DNA of 63,837 nucleotides, the filler included, from Olpidium bornovanus S191 (Eukaryota; Fungi; Olpidiomycota), in assembly GCA_017911155.1 (NCBI GenBank). It is 28 parts of 28 records of this genome, joined end to end, with 100 filler letters (N's around TTAATTAATTAA, not from the genome) between each part and the next. Parts side by side here need not be neighbours in the genome. Positions count along the whole stretch, not along the records: positions 22,576 to 24,732 come from JAEFCI010004767.1; positions 24,833 to 25,959 come from JAEFCI010004042.1; positions 26,060 to 28,965 come from JAEFCI010001943.1; positions 29,066 to 30,924 come from JAEFCI010004245.1; positions 31,025 to 33,394 come from JAEFCI010000188.1; positions 33,495 to 35,660 come from JAEFCI010006751.1; 22 more parts are not named here. One strand, given 5' to 3'. Shown piece after piece: positions 23,610 through 35,586 of the stretch. The notes under the pieces are model-generated. The model was not told where the DNA came from, ran no database searches, and was given only the letters and a program-made list of their open reading frames with translations. The first letter of the stretch is position 1. Each line of letters starts with the position of its first letter. The translations under genes were made by a program, and so were the position numbers.

Positions 23610-25699
23610 ACCGTGCACCGTATTAAGTTTCGCCCTTTTCCGAAAAAAAAAAAGAAGAAAAAAAAGGGGCACCGGCGACCGCAAAAAAGAAAAGCTTCCC
23701 CGCACATCCCTCTGTGCCCGCGCTATTTCGTTCCATTTTGAGCAGTTTCTGACCTCAAATCTCACAGAAAAAAATTAAATAAAGGGTTGCCCGTCGAAAT
23801 AATTTTCGCTCATCGCAATTTGGCCGACAATTTCACGCCATTGCATCCTCTCACTTTGCGCTGAACCAGCGCAAAATGACCGTATTCACCCTTGCACCGC
23901 CACGGTTGACCCAGCGCACACAGTCAAGGGACTTCCCAGCTGGTTTCCAAAATCGTGATAAGCTGTTATACTTTAACGACGAAACAAGCGCCGCTCCAGA
24001 TAGGTCCTGCAAATCAACAGGCGGAAAACGACGGCGGGCATACAGCCACGGGAGGGGGACCGCCGCGGTGGCACTTCGCGGTCCTCGCCGGATATGCTTC
24101 CACCTGTTCCAATCTGGCAGGGTCCAGCTCCAATGTTATGTGGCAAGCTCCCCGAGCCTCTGGCAGAGAGAGGTCAAACGTTAAAGCTGGCCCAGTCGTG
24201 TTGCAAACCACTCCGGCGTCGGGCCGCAGCGCGGTCAAGCATCGAGCAGCCGTTTCAAAAAAGCTTTTGGAGGACTGTGAAGAATTCTGCGACACCCAAG
24301 GTAGTTTGTAGTGCTGGCGGTTAGAATTGGTGAGACAGCGACGACCGCCAAAAGACCGTGTACCGAAAGGTGGCAAAGAGTGCGGGCCAGTTTTGGAACC
24401 TAACCTTTCCCTAAGAGCGCAAACACCAGTATAGCTACCACGATCGGCGCTATTGGATCTGTTGACGTCCCCGTTGGAAATTAAACGCAAACGTGAGCCC
24501 ACGGACCCGTTGCCGGGAAGCAGAATATGCAGATAGTGGTTGCCGACGGTACGCACACTTGCGCTTCTCTTTTTCCTGGTTGGATTTGTAAAACGCCGGG
24601 AGAGGTCGCGTCACAATTTTCGAACATAATGGTTAAGGACGAAAATGGCGAAAACCGGCAGTGTTAAACCCTTGTTAAACCCAACCCTGGCCGTTCACAA
24701 AAAAAAAAAATCATACGAACCCGTGCGGTATCNNNNNNNNNNNNNNNNNNNNNNNNNNNNNNNNNNNNNNNNNNNNTTAATTAATTAANNNNNNNNNNNN
24801 NNNNNNNNNNNNNNNNNNNNNNNNNNNNNNNNCATGGACCTGGCTCGTGTCCGAGCGGCATAAGCCGACGTGCACGAAAACGTTTTCGCGAAGAGTTTGC
24901 AGACTATTTTACTGTACGACTCATCAGGGCGCCGAACCGTTCGTGGGCCGGCTCGTGCCCTCGGAAGCCCTCCGCGGGCTGCCGCGCGTTCCGGGGGCCC
25001 CTTTTTCTCGCTTGTTCAGCCAAGTAGCGCTTCTAAGCGAGCGCGATACTTGGTCAAGCTCGGAGCAGACCCTCACTCTGGCAACCTCTTGTTGCTCGCC
25101 GTTGCTTGTTGGCATGGTTGGAAAACGCGCCATAATTGGAAGTCATGCCAACTCAAAAGTTCCAACGGAACCAGACTGTTCCGAGCTACCAGAACTCGTC
25201 AAAGCCGTGACGCAAGAGTTCGGCGTGCGTTGCTTCTTCAAAACCACCATGACTCTCGAGTTCGTTCGCCAGCGTCGCCAAACGGACGGCTGGTGCGACC
25301 GGCATCGAATATGTCGTTCGCAATTTGACGTCTCTCGGAGGAAAACCCACTCGAGAATCCTCGTCCGTCGAAACGTTCTGAATTTCTCAAGAAAGTCGAG
25401 AGTTGCACGCATTACGATTTGATATCATTTTGCAATCCGGAATGGCATGTTAATGTATATGATGATGACGACGGGGACTTTATCCGCTGACGGTTACTGG
25501 AGAAGTCGCGCCTAGAATACTTATTCCATTATCTTGACTGGGAAGTTTCGGCCACCGTTGTCGATGAGCCGCTCAAAGCCGCCCCTGCACGCGACAGCTT
25601 CAACAACCCCAATTTCAAAGTCACCCCTAACGAATTCAACGACGATTGTGAAAGTACGTGCATCTCTTTGTGTTGTACCATTATAGAAACAAGTTTAGA

Positions 25700-25916
25700 T
25701 AATCGGGATTTCGCCGCCGGTGTTTCCGAAAGACATCCAGCCGACGTTGCACTGCGCCCACGGGTTCCCCTGCTCCGCCGACAGCAGGTACCAGTGTGCG
25801 GCCAGCTGCGCGTCCTTTTCCACCCCGAGGCCCTGTTCATAGCAGAAGCTCAGGAGGTTCTGCGCCAGAGCGTTGCCCTGCTCTGCCGCGAGTACTTTCC
25901 GCCAACGCCGGGGCAC
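25700..25916 (-). CDS. Sel1-like repeat (SLR) fragment
   Basis: AAEQGNALAQNLLSFCYEQGLGVEKDAQLAAHWYLLSAEQGNPWAQCNVG is a canonical Sel1 repeat. The rest of the gene is unresolved. Confidence 0.8.
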
Positions 25917-26065
25917 GACGGCACGTGCGCCGGGGGAGGGGGGGGGGGGGGGTTGGGGGNNNNNNNNNNNNNNNNNNNNNNNNNNNNNNNNNNNNNNNNN
26001 NNNTTAATTAATTAANNNNNNNNNNNNNNNNNNNNNNNNNNNNNNNNNNNNNNNNNNNNATGTTC

Positions 26066-26468
26066 AAAAATCCGGAGATACATAGAAGATCAAAAGAGGC
26101 CCGCAGGAGGTGCAGACCACGTCAGAAGTGGTCACTACGGCGGATTCCTTGGAATGTTAAAAATCCGGAGGTACATGGAACACAAAAAGAGGCTCCCACG
26201 AGGTGCAGATCATGTCAGAAGTCCTCCCTGCGGTGGATTCCCGACGGTTTAAAAACCCGAAGATACATAGAAGACCAAAAGACGCCCGCAGGAGGTGCAG
26301 ACCACGTCAGAAATCCTCTCTACGGTGGATTCCCGAAGGTTTAAAAACCCGGAGATACAAATAAGATCAAAAGAGGCCCGCAGGAGGTACAGATCATATC
26401 AGAAGTCCTCCCCCGGAGATACATAGAAGATCAAAAGAGGCCCGCATGAGGTGCAGACCACGTCAGAA
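26066..26468. repeat. ~92-bp minisatellite, about 4.5 copies
   Basis: Units AAAAAYCCGGAGATACATAGAAGATCAAAAGAGGCCCGCAGGAGGTGCAGA… at about 26066, 26159, 26251, 26343, plus a partial copy at ~26413. Confidence 0.9.
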
Positions 26469-26611
26469 GTTACACCGCGACCCTTCAAATATGGCATGTT
26501 TCGAGGGATTTTCTCGATGTACGTACATCCTACGGGTCAAAGTTGCCTGGATTCGCAAAACAACAAAACTTTCATCGTCGAATCCACTCGTTTTTCCCTG
26601 GTTTTGGGGAT

Positions 26612-26640
26612 TTAGGGTTAGGGTTAGGGTTAGGGTTAGA
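26612..26640 (+). repeat. Interstitial telomeric repeat (TTAGGG)4 TTAGA
   Basis: Four perfect TTAGGG units at 26612-26635. Confidence 0.9.
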
Positions 26641-29121
26641 GTTCGCCAAATGTCTCAACGTGACTTCACTCGGCCAAACGGTGGACATGGACAGGAGCGT
26701 AGATACGTCAAGGACAGAGGCTGCATCCGCTCCGGATATCCGATACTGGCCCCGGGTTCGGAAGCTGCCGGTGGCGTTCGGTACGGAAAAGTTCGTCCGT
26801 GTCCGCAGTATTTTCGGTCCGTGCTCTTGATCCTGCCCCCCCTTCTCCCCCTCCTCCCCACCGTGTCACTAATTTTTATCTGTTTATGGCGCCAGCGCGA
26901 CCGCCCCTCTGTTCGAAGAAGCAGATGCGGTTCAGAGGGTTCTCGTCTGCGCGCCGGGGTGAAGGCTGTTGGCTAACACCAAGCTTGGCCAGTGCCTGGG
27001 GGTCGACTTCTTAGCGCATCACCTGGCGCTGCCCGGGTATGGGGGTGTTCGCGTTTATGGAGGAACGTAAAGTAGCAGTTCGCGGAGCGGCGCTGAACGT
27101 TTGGCGTCAATCGGACGCTTCTGCGCACTGCCGTGCCTGGGGCGGCCGCTGCGCCGCATGCGCCAAAGCGGTTGGCCAGCCGATGCTTGCCCGGAATACT
27201 TCGCAGATATCCAGCTACCGGCGTCAGCAATGCGTGGAGATTCAAACTTTATCAAAGGACTGGTCTACTGAGCCTGGGCCATACTTCTCTCTCTCAAACG
27301 CGATTGGCCATTGCCATCGTCGACGCCGAGCTTCCGCTGGCCATTCAAAAGACCCGAATCTCCATCGAAGGGACGATCACGGGCTCCGTCTTGCGAGATA
27401 TGTGCCGCGTACATGGGACAGAAACGAAACGTGGCAGACATAAGCTTCGATGACGCCTCCCCCCTAGCAGGTATGGCGCCAAGTGTGACGGGAGTAGGCC
27501 GATGGTTTTAGCCGAAACGCCGGCCAGGGCGACTGTCGCTATGGGTAAGTCTTAAATCGTGGCGGTCCTCCACGACAGTGGTTTTTTGTGGCAATTGATG
27601 TACGGCAGGAAAGACCGCCTTTTGAGTTATTTTGCCACACACGACCAATTTTGCCCATATCAGACCGCGTTGAACGACAATTCCTCACCCGGACCAAAAC
27701 GGGGGTCCGCAATATATTAAACACGCTGCAACCCGGGTCCTTACGCTACTACGATACGGCAGATGGGCGCAGCGTGCTAGCTAATTCGTTCGCTGTCGCT
27801 TTTTGTCGCCGAGCAGGCTGTTCTGACGCCGGGAGGCTTTTCATGCGCAGAGTACCTGTGAGCGTGTATAATACTTGACCGAGAGTTTTCCAGATCTGGT
27901 CATGCTCACAGGTCGACCGTCGACAAGCCCCAGCGGATATCCTGGACTTTGCCGTGGCCGCAGCGGCCGACCGGATATCCAAGGTCGACAGGGTCATCGG
28001 TGGTGTTTGAAGAAAGGTGGAAAGAAAGTGTCAGAAGTGGGCAACCCAACGCTCCGAGAGACAGTTTTCCTGCCGGCGCAGAACCGGCACGAGACGATTG
28101 CGCCCGACATTGACGAAGCAAATCAAGCAATGCGCAAGGAGAAGGCTTCCGAACTCGAGCAAGTCTTCCTCAAGCTGGAAGGTATTTCGTCGTTGTCGAA
28201 CTCTGGAGTACTACAGAAATGACGGTCGCTTGTCTGGCTGACCGCTCTCTGCGTCGCCACCACCGTCCAGGATTGCAGGAAAACCGAAGAAGGAGGCGCT
28301 GGCATTTCCAGCCATCCGGTGAAAAAAATGTATATATGGATTTCCAGTCTTGTGCGGAACCTGTCCTCGACCTGCTGAAGAAGTTTATCTACCGCCGCAG
28401 TGCAAGTCGATGCGGGACACGGTTGAGGGCGGAAATATTGTTAGTGAACTTCTCGGACCGTCTACCCCACCGCAACGCAGACGTTGAGCGTCCGCAGTGG
28501 TCGCCGCAAGAGGTTGCGACCGGAATTGTCGTACGAAGAGGCGGAGGCACACCGGAAGGCAGGGTCCACGAGTAGCGTGAAGGCCGCAGGGTGTGAATGA
28601 CAGTTGGGTCCGTTGGCCACGTCAAACACAGTTGAAAACCAATGTGGCGCGGGTTCCCGAAACGGCGTGGCAATAATGAACGTCTTCTCGAGTGGGCGTT
28701 GTTTCGGGAACGGCAACATCAACCTTCGAGGGACATTACGCAGCTTAAAATCACTTGGCCCCTCGGGACGCCGCTCCGGGGAGTATGCGCTTATGTTCCG
28801 GCTGTCGCCGCCGGCGCCGGCCCTCGTGCTCCGCCGGTCCGACGGCTGCATCGTTACGCGGTTGCAAAAATGAAGGCGTGAAGCCGCAAAGTCTCTTTGT
28901 CAGCTGTCGATTAATGAAGAACCTCAAGAAAGCACAAGGGCGACGCCCAAGTTGCGGACAACATGNNNNNNNNNNNNNNNNNNNNNNNNNNNNNNNNNNN
29001 NNNNNNNNNTTAATTAATTAANNNNNNNNNNNNNNNNNNNNNNNNNNNNNNNNNNNNNNNNNNNNACCGCCGGCGGGGCGCCAAAAAACTCCCGACCGCG
29101 GGCGCGGTTTTTTCCCCCAAA

Positions 29122-29154
<33 letters not shown>

Positions 29155-29504
29155 CCTCTCAACGGCCCTTCCCTCCGGCCTCCCCACCCCCCGGCCCCGA
29201 AAACATCGCCAAAACAAGAGACCGGCAAACCCCCGCACGGGAAGAAGGGAAAAAAAAGTATTCAAACACGGCGGTTGCTGTCTGCATCTCTTTTTCTAAA
29301 AAAATTCTGGTCGCCCGTCTTCCCTCCCATTCCCCACTCTCCCGGGTTGGTTTCCGGGTTCTTTCCTCTCTCTCTCTCTCTCTCTCTCTCGTTCTCTATT
29401 TCTCCTTTTTCTCCCCTGCTCCCCGCCTTTCGCAGGGCAAAAACAAGGAAAAAAAGAAGATTTCGCGAAAACGCAAAAGCGAAAAAAAAACAACAAAAAA
29501 AGAC

Positions 29505-30905
29505 ATGATCCGCAGCGCATCGACCGAGGACGTCGATTTCTTGGTCGGCGTCCTCTGCAGGACGCTGTGCCCGGACCTGGTCGGCGTGCCGCAGCTGCAG
29601 GACGCCGTCGCCAGGGAGCTCGGGACGTTTCCGCTGGGCGACCTCGACCAGTTCAGCGTCTACCCCGCGCTCGCCGAGCTCGTGCAAAACGTCGCCCGCT
29701 CCCTGTTCCGCGCCCCGCCCGGCGCCGCCGCCGACGCGAAGGGTCTGGATCCGCCCCCGCCGGCCGGCGGCGGCCCTCGCGCAGAAAGCGAGTCCGGCAG
29801 ATCAGCGGCGGCGGGCTCCGATGCGGGGGCCGCCGGCGGCAGCAGCGGCGGCGGCGGCGCGCGAAGACGACGGTCCGTCGCCGGCGACGATCTGAGCAAG
29901 ATCTCGGTGGATGCGGAGGCGCCCGCGACCGGCCTGCCTACCCCGCCGCGGTCCGACCCGGCGGCGGACGCCGGCGGAGAGCCGCCCGCTTCGCCTCCTC
30001 TGTCGAGCACAATCCCGGCGGATGCGACGGCCGGGCGGTCCGACACGGCCTCCGAGCGGTCCGAGACGTCCGCGGCGGCGGCACTCCCGATCTCGGTCGT
30101 CGGGGGCGCGCCGGGCGCCCCCACGGCGCAGAGGTCGGTTCGACCGTCGGAGTCCCGGCCCGAGCGGCGGCGGCCGCAGACCCACGGGCCCCGCTCGCCA
30201 AGCGGGGGGGAGGGTCGTTCCCGGGCGGCCCCGCCCTCCGGCCGGCCGGGTAGCGCGGATCCGCCGGCGTCCGCGGCCCGGAACAAGCGGGGCCGGCAGC
30301 CCGCGCCGGCGTCCTCCTCCGACGACGAGCCCGGCGGCGGCCGGGATTCCAGGCGGGCGTCCTTGTCGTCCGAGGCGACGTCTGCCCCCGGTCCCGCCGC
30401 CGCGCGGGCGCGGCCGGAACTTGCCGCAGCCGCGGCTTCTCTCGCCCCTCACGCGAGCCACGGCGCCCCGCACCCTACCGGACTACGACGTCGGCTGCAC
30501 GCCGTCGAGTGGTACGCGGCCGAGCTGCTCAAGGCCGCCGGCAAGTCCCGGCGATTCGCGGACGAAACGGCCAGGATCGCGAACTGCGCGCTCCCTTCGA
30601 GCATCGACGTCCTCGACCCGGACGGCACCGTCCCGGTACCCGACATCGAGATCCTCGAGCGTCCCCACGCGGTAATCGGCGAAATGGCTGAGAGGAGCTG
30701 CGCTCTGGTTCGACCGGCTACCAAAACGGAAACCGCGCCCAGGCTGCTCCGGGAGCCCCAGCAGGTCGCCTTTGGTTCTTCCGGCAGCAACTCCCCCGGT
30801 TGCCAGCGCCTGGCGCTCGAGATGGTGCCGCAGCCGGAAAGGGATGCCGTCGACGCACTGCTGCTTCTGTCCGAGGGTAGCAAGCGGGTCCGTTTGGACG
30901 GGTGA
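29505..30905 (+). CDS. Intronless 466-aa hypothetical protein (folded N- and C-terminal blocks, disordered middle)
   Basis: ATG to TGA open frame. Protein-like ends (STEDVDFLVGVLCRTLCPDLVGVPQLQDAV…; LRRRLHAVEWYAAELLK…DAVDALLLLSEGSKRVRL). No family recognised. Confidence 0.7.
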   Translation: MIRSASTEDVDFLVGVLCRTLCPDLVGVPQLQDAVARELGTFPLGDLDQFSVYPALAELVQNVARSLFRAPPGAAADAKGLDPPPPAGGGPRAESESGRSAAAGSDAGAAGGSSGGGGARRRRSVAGDDLSKISVDAEAPATGLPTPPRSDPAADAGGEPPASPPLSSTIPADATAGRSDTASERSETSAAAALPISVVGGAPGAPTAQRSVRPSESRPERRRPQTHGPRSPSGGEGRSRAAPPSGRPGSADPPASAARNKRGRQPAPASSSDDEPGGGRDSRRASLSSEATSAPGPAAARARPELAAAAASLAPHASHGAPHPTGLRRRLHAVEWYAAELLKAAGKSRRFADETARIANCALPSSIDVLDPDGTVPVPDIEILERPHAVIGEMAERSCALVRPATKTETAPRLLREPQQVAFGSSGSNSPGCQRLALEMVPQPERDAVDALLLLSEGSKRVRLDG

Positions 30906-31365
30906 AAGCCCCCGGCCAATCATGNNNNNNNNNNNNNNNNNNNNNNNNNNNNNNNNNNNNNNNNNNNNTTAATTAATTAANNNNNNNNNNNNNNNNNNNN
31001 NNNNNNNNNNNNNNNNNNNNNNNNCATGTGGGCTGTTGCGCCGTCAAGAATCAGATCGGTTGAGTACCGCCCGAGAGGTCAAGCCATAGAGGGCTTTCGG
31101 GCCCGTCGTCCAGCAATAAATTCGCGAAGGTATCCGCGCCCGCTGAGTCAAGGGCCAGTCAGCTCCGTCGTCCCCTCCCGCCATCACAACGGCGGCCGCT
31201 GCGGTAGTGCCGCCGGCACCGTGTCTGCGGCGGCGGCGGCGGCACGACGCGACACGAAAAAGGGAAAGCCGAGCAGCCACCCCGGCGCGCGCGTCTGGAG
31301 GAGGCGACAAAGGGCGACGGGCTCGTACGCACGCCAGCTCCCGTACAGCGGAAAGCAAACCCCAG

Positions 31366-33170
31366 ATGGCGGCAACCCATCCGGCGCCGCGGAGAACAGG
31401 AAAAGCCGACATACTCCGCCTGCTGCAGGACACGAGAACGGCGCAGCTGGCGGCAGTCCGGGATGGCGGTCTCGTCACAAGCGAAGAGAGCGTCGCGCGC
31501 GGTAGTCGAATCCCAGCCGCGGGCGAGGAGAACCCGCCAACGCTACCTTTCTTGAGGGTCGCCGCGCCAATGGTGAATATCCGCAATTTCTTTGGGGCCG
31601 TTACATCCCACCGGCGGGAGAGCTTGTTCCAAGCGGGCGCGAACGACTGGGAGGACTCTTCCGGGCTGACCCAAAGCATCTGCCGTGTCCTCGTGAACGA
31701 TCAGGTCAGGTATTCGAAACTGCCTTTCCGCGAGCTGGTCAGGGAGTAAGTCGTCCTGCGCTGAAACCACCGCCACCAAGCAGAGCTTCCTGAACACTAC
31801 TGAGCGAACAAACGCGGGAAACACAGCTATCACGTCGACATTGCGTATACGCCTATGGTAAGCCCTCGCCTGTAGCCGTTCGGACAACGCTCCGTGTGTG
31901 AAGCTTCGAGCTGAAATTGCCGACGTCTTGTCAGATCCTTGCGGACGTGTTCCGGAACTCAAGCTACGCGAGGGACACAGATTTCACAACATCGACGACT
32001 GACTCGCCGCTCGTAATGCAGTTTGCTGCCAGCAAACCGGAAGACCTAGCCCATGCCGCGGAAATCGTGCAGCCATTTGTTGACGGTAAATGTCAAGACC
32101 TCGAAACCGAACCCTTGATCCCGTAACTCACGTCGATTTTTTTTTGTTTTTATTGGAACTTACAGCCGTCGATCTGTGAGTTGGCATTGAAATGGACAAC
32201 TTCGAGAACGCAACCTTCGAAACGTTGCTGATTCCGTCAGTTACAGAAACTGCGGCTGTCCGCAACGGTGGGCCATTGGTGAAGGTATAGGTGCGCACCT
32301 GATGTCACAACCGGAGCTCGTACGCGACATGGTGAGGCAGACCAAGGCGCGCGCTACCGACATCCCCTGCTCGATAAAGATCCGGATTCATAAGGACGTG
32401 AGGTAACTAGTGCATGGTGGCGGGGGACACGTGAATCTCGTGTTTGAGGTGGTTTACGTTAATGGCGCGGCCTTGCTTACAATGCTACGACCGGGGACCA
32501 GGGAGACCGTTGAGTTCGTGAAGAGGGCAGAATTTGCCGGCGTCGATTTCATCACCGTCCATGGACGCAGGAAGTGGCAAAAGTCCTCGGTCCCTGTAGA
32601 CGTCGAGGCGATCCGTCTCGTCCGCGAGAACGCGTCGGTGCCGATCATTGCCAACGGCGGTGTATTCTCCTTAAAGGAAGCGAGTGGTTTTGCGAGAGAT
32701 ACAGGCGTTGTCGGAGTCATGGTATGTTGTGCAAAATATGCGGGGCACTGCAGCCCTATTTGATCGTTTTCCACCTCGCGAGATTTCGGATAGCTAAAAT
32801 CCTATTCATGGCGCGGTACTGATGTAACCACAAAGGCCGCGAGAGGACTTCTTGAGAACCCCGCCATGTTTCGTGGGGACTCGGTCACCCCGTGGGAGTG
32901 CGTCGAGAAGTTCGTCAAGCTCTCCATTGGCTATGGCAGCAACCATTTCATTGTACGTCTCCGGTCTCAGTCAAGCGCCGTTTCGCGCTGTTCCAGCCCA
33001 CATCCCTGCTAATAAAGTCGGGCTTTGGTTTCCGCTAGTTCCACCATCATCTCATGTACATGATGGAGCACCTACTCAGCCCCGTGGAAAAGAAAACATT
33101 CAACGTACTCAGTTCCACGCCGGCTGTGCTGAATTATCTGGAGGAATTCTGCGGTTTGAAGTTACATTGA
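31366..33170 (+). CDS. DUS4: tRNA-dihydrouridine synthase (Dus4-like), multi-exon, apparently complete
   Basis: VAAPMV|RYSKLPFRELVR; ARDTDFTTSTTDSPLVMQFAA; NCGCPQRWAIGEGIGAHLM; SIKIRIH; FITVHGR; PIIANGGVFS; AARGLLENPAMF; FHHHLMYM…*. Confidence 0.93.
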
Positions 33171-33635
33171 CGTCGACCTCAGGTGATTGTAAAGTCAGTA
33201 AGGCAGGGGCCTGCAAGGTCGTTTGGTCATCGCCGAATTTTAGCAAGCTGGGCGTCCTTTCGGCTCACAAGCTCATGATTAATTATGACGTTCAAGCGAT
33301 GCAAAGCACTTGCAGAGGCTTTGTGTGTCCGAATAACGCGCCCCTCTACATCCACGCAGAATTCCTCGTGCTTCTGGCTGCAGCTGGTTTCCGANNNNNN
33401 NNNNNNNNNNNNNNNNNNNNNNNNNNNNNNNNNNNNNNTTAATTAATTAANNNNNNNNNNNNNNNNNNNNNNNNNNNNNNNNNNNNNNNNNNNNCATGTT
33501 TTCTGTCCGCCAAATTATTCAGTTAGAAATCTTTCGGAAGATTCCTCGAAGACGCTCACAGGGTTCTTCGGTGTCTCTACTATTTGAGGACCGGAAGGAC
33601 TCAAATACTCACGCGGGCAAGACACTTGGCCCCGG

Positions 33636-34110
33636 GGGTTCAGTGATGCGGATTACAATGGATGCGACCAGACGCGGAAATTGACCAGTGGGTACGTATG
33701 CGTCATGTCCAGAGGGGCCGTGAGTTGGAAGGGCAGACGCCAGGACATTACCGCTAATTCCAGCCTGGAGGCCGCGTACATTGCACTATCGGAGGCTGCA
33801 AAGGAGGGATTATGGCTGAGGAAACTGCTCGGGGAGCTAGGGGAAAAGGTGCTACCCATCCACGTTGTTGAATACAATCGAGGCGCCATGCTTCTAGCAA
33901 ACAGCCCCGTAAACCGCAATCGGACCAAACGCACCGACGTCCGTCACCACTTTATTTGAGAGGCCGTTGCCCGAGGGGCACATCATCCTGGTGGACGGGA
34001 GGACACAAAACATGGTCGCAGATGCGTTGACCAAGGGCATAGGGCGAGTCAAGTGCGACAAGCACGCGACGGAGATGGGACTCTGGGAGATGAAGGCAGA
34101 AGAGCCATAG
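33636..34110 (+). mobile_element. Ty1/copia RNase H relic (3' end of pol)
   Basis: GFSDADY…TSGYVCVMSRGAVSWKGRRQDITANSSLEAAYIALSEAAKEGLWLRKLL…TKRTDVRHHFI*EAV…NMVADALTKGI, with in-frame stops. Confidence 0.9.
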
Positions 34111-34148
34111 AGTGTGGTGGCGGAGCGGGAAGGAAAGCGCTTCCCTTC

Positions 34149-34185
<37 letters not shown>

Positions 34186-34624
34186 GTTCAGGCGAGGGTG
34201 AAGCGCGAATTCTATCTGTGGGCGCACTCCCCGAGAGGGGGTTTTAATCCCGCTAATAGGAGTTTAGTCGTCATAACATCTCTCCTCAGGGGAGGGGGGC
34301 GTTTGCCCGGACGTGGATGGGCCGGGCTCAACCACACCCCCCCCGCCGCGCCCGCGCCCGACCATATCAAATATGGATAACGCCGCCGCGCTTCCGATCC
34401 GCACAAACCGCTCGGCCTTCCCCCCCCCGAACACGCGAGGGGGCGGGGAGCGGGCTCCCCCGTGTTTCCTCTCTCCGCCCTCTCGAAAAAAAACGAACGC
34501 ACCGCCGCCTCGCCTCTGCCGCTGGCTCCGCCCGGCGTTATCCCGCGTCGTCAAAAGGACCTTTTTCAACCTCACCACAACACCTAAACCCCCCTCTTCT
34601 CCCTTCAAAAACACTTTTAACACA

Positions 34625-35015
34625 ATGCGCGGCTCTGGAGCTGCCTTTTCCCTTCTCTTTGCGGCTCTCGCTGTCGCGAGCACAGCCTCTGCCGCTCCGG
34701 CCTGCCCTCCCCCCCCCGCGCGGCACTCGCATAGATAACGTGCCCGGCGCCGAAGGCGATGTGTGCAGTGTGGAGGACGGCTGCGTCGTCGTCTGTAACG
34801 TTAGGAGTAGCGGCGACCTCAGGATCGTCGGGCCACTGGAAACCATCAACGACCCCCCGGCGGCGGCTCCGGCGCGCGCGGCCTGCGACAAGCCCGGCAC
34901 TCGTGTACCAGGCCCGCCCGGCGCCGGTCAAAACGAACTGTGCGTTTTGAACAGCAACTGCAACGTCGTCTGTAGTGGTGAGACCGGCGCCACGACTAGC
35001 ATTACCAAGAAGTAG
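34625..35015 (+). CDS. Small secreted Cys-rich protein (~130 aa, 8 Cys, two internal repeats); one frameshift in a poly-C run
   Basis: Signal peptide MRGSGAAFSLLFAALAVASTASA. After an indel in CCCTCCCCCCCCCG the frame continues RGTRIDNVPGAEGDVCSVEDGCVVVC…ACDKPGTRVPGPPGAGQNELCVLNSNCNVVCSGETGATTSITKK*. Confidence 0.7.
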
Positions 35016-35546
35016 TAGCGGCGGCGTCCCCAACCGTCTACTGTGTATATTATACCGGTTTCTCACGGTCATTGGCACATGTAATTTGCACGACCGGGCT
35101 GCACTGGCGCACGCCTAAAGATATCCAGTCGGAGGGTGCCCTGCGGTCAATAGTACAGCGTGCTCTGCGGTCGCGTTCAGCCAACACTGACAAAGTGCCC
35201 CGCCGGAGTGTGATAGAAGGAAGGGTGGAACGGAGTGCGGCAGAGACGTCAGCAGCGAACGAGTGCATTCCGCGCTTGGCGGAGGGAAGGGGACTCACGG
35301 TGGCTCCCGCGTGATCCGTGAACTGCTGCGCTGTCCAGAGGAGTACCCGCGAGCGGAAACCACCCAAGGGTGTCGTCAATGGCGTCGAGGTAGTTGGGAG
35401 AAAAGGAGGGGTAACTGCCGTCGCGCACTTTCGCTCTGAGGGAATTTTCATTCTTTCAAGTGGCCGGCATCAGGATAGAAAAGCTTGAACCGCAGCTCTC
35501 GAGGAGCAAGCAGAAGCAATTTGCGGGGGGTGAGGGGGGTTAATTC

Positions 35547-35586
<40 letters not shown>

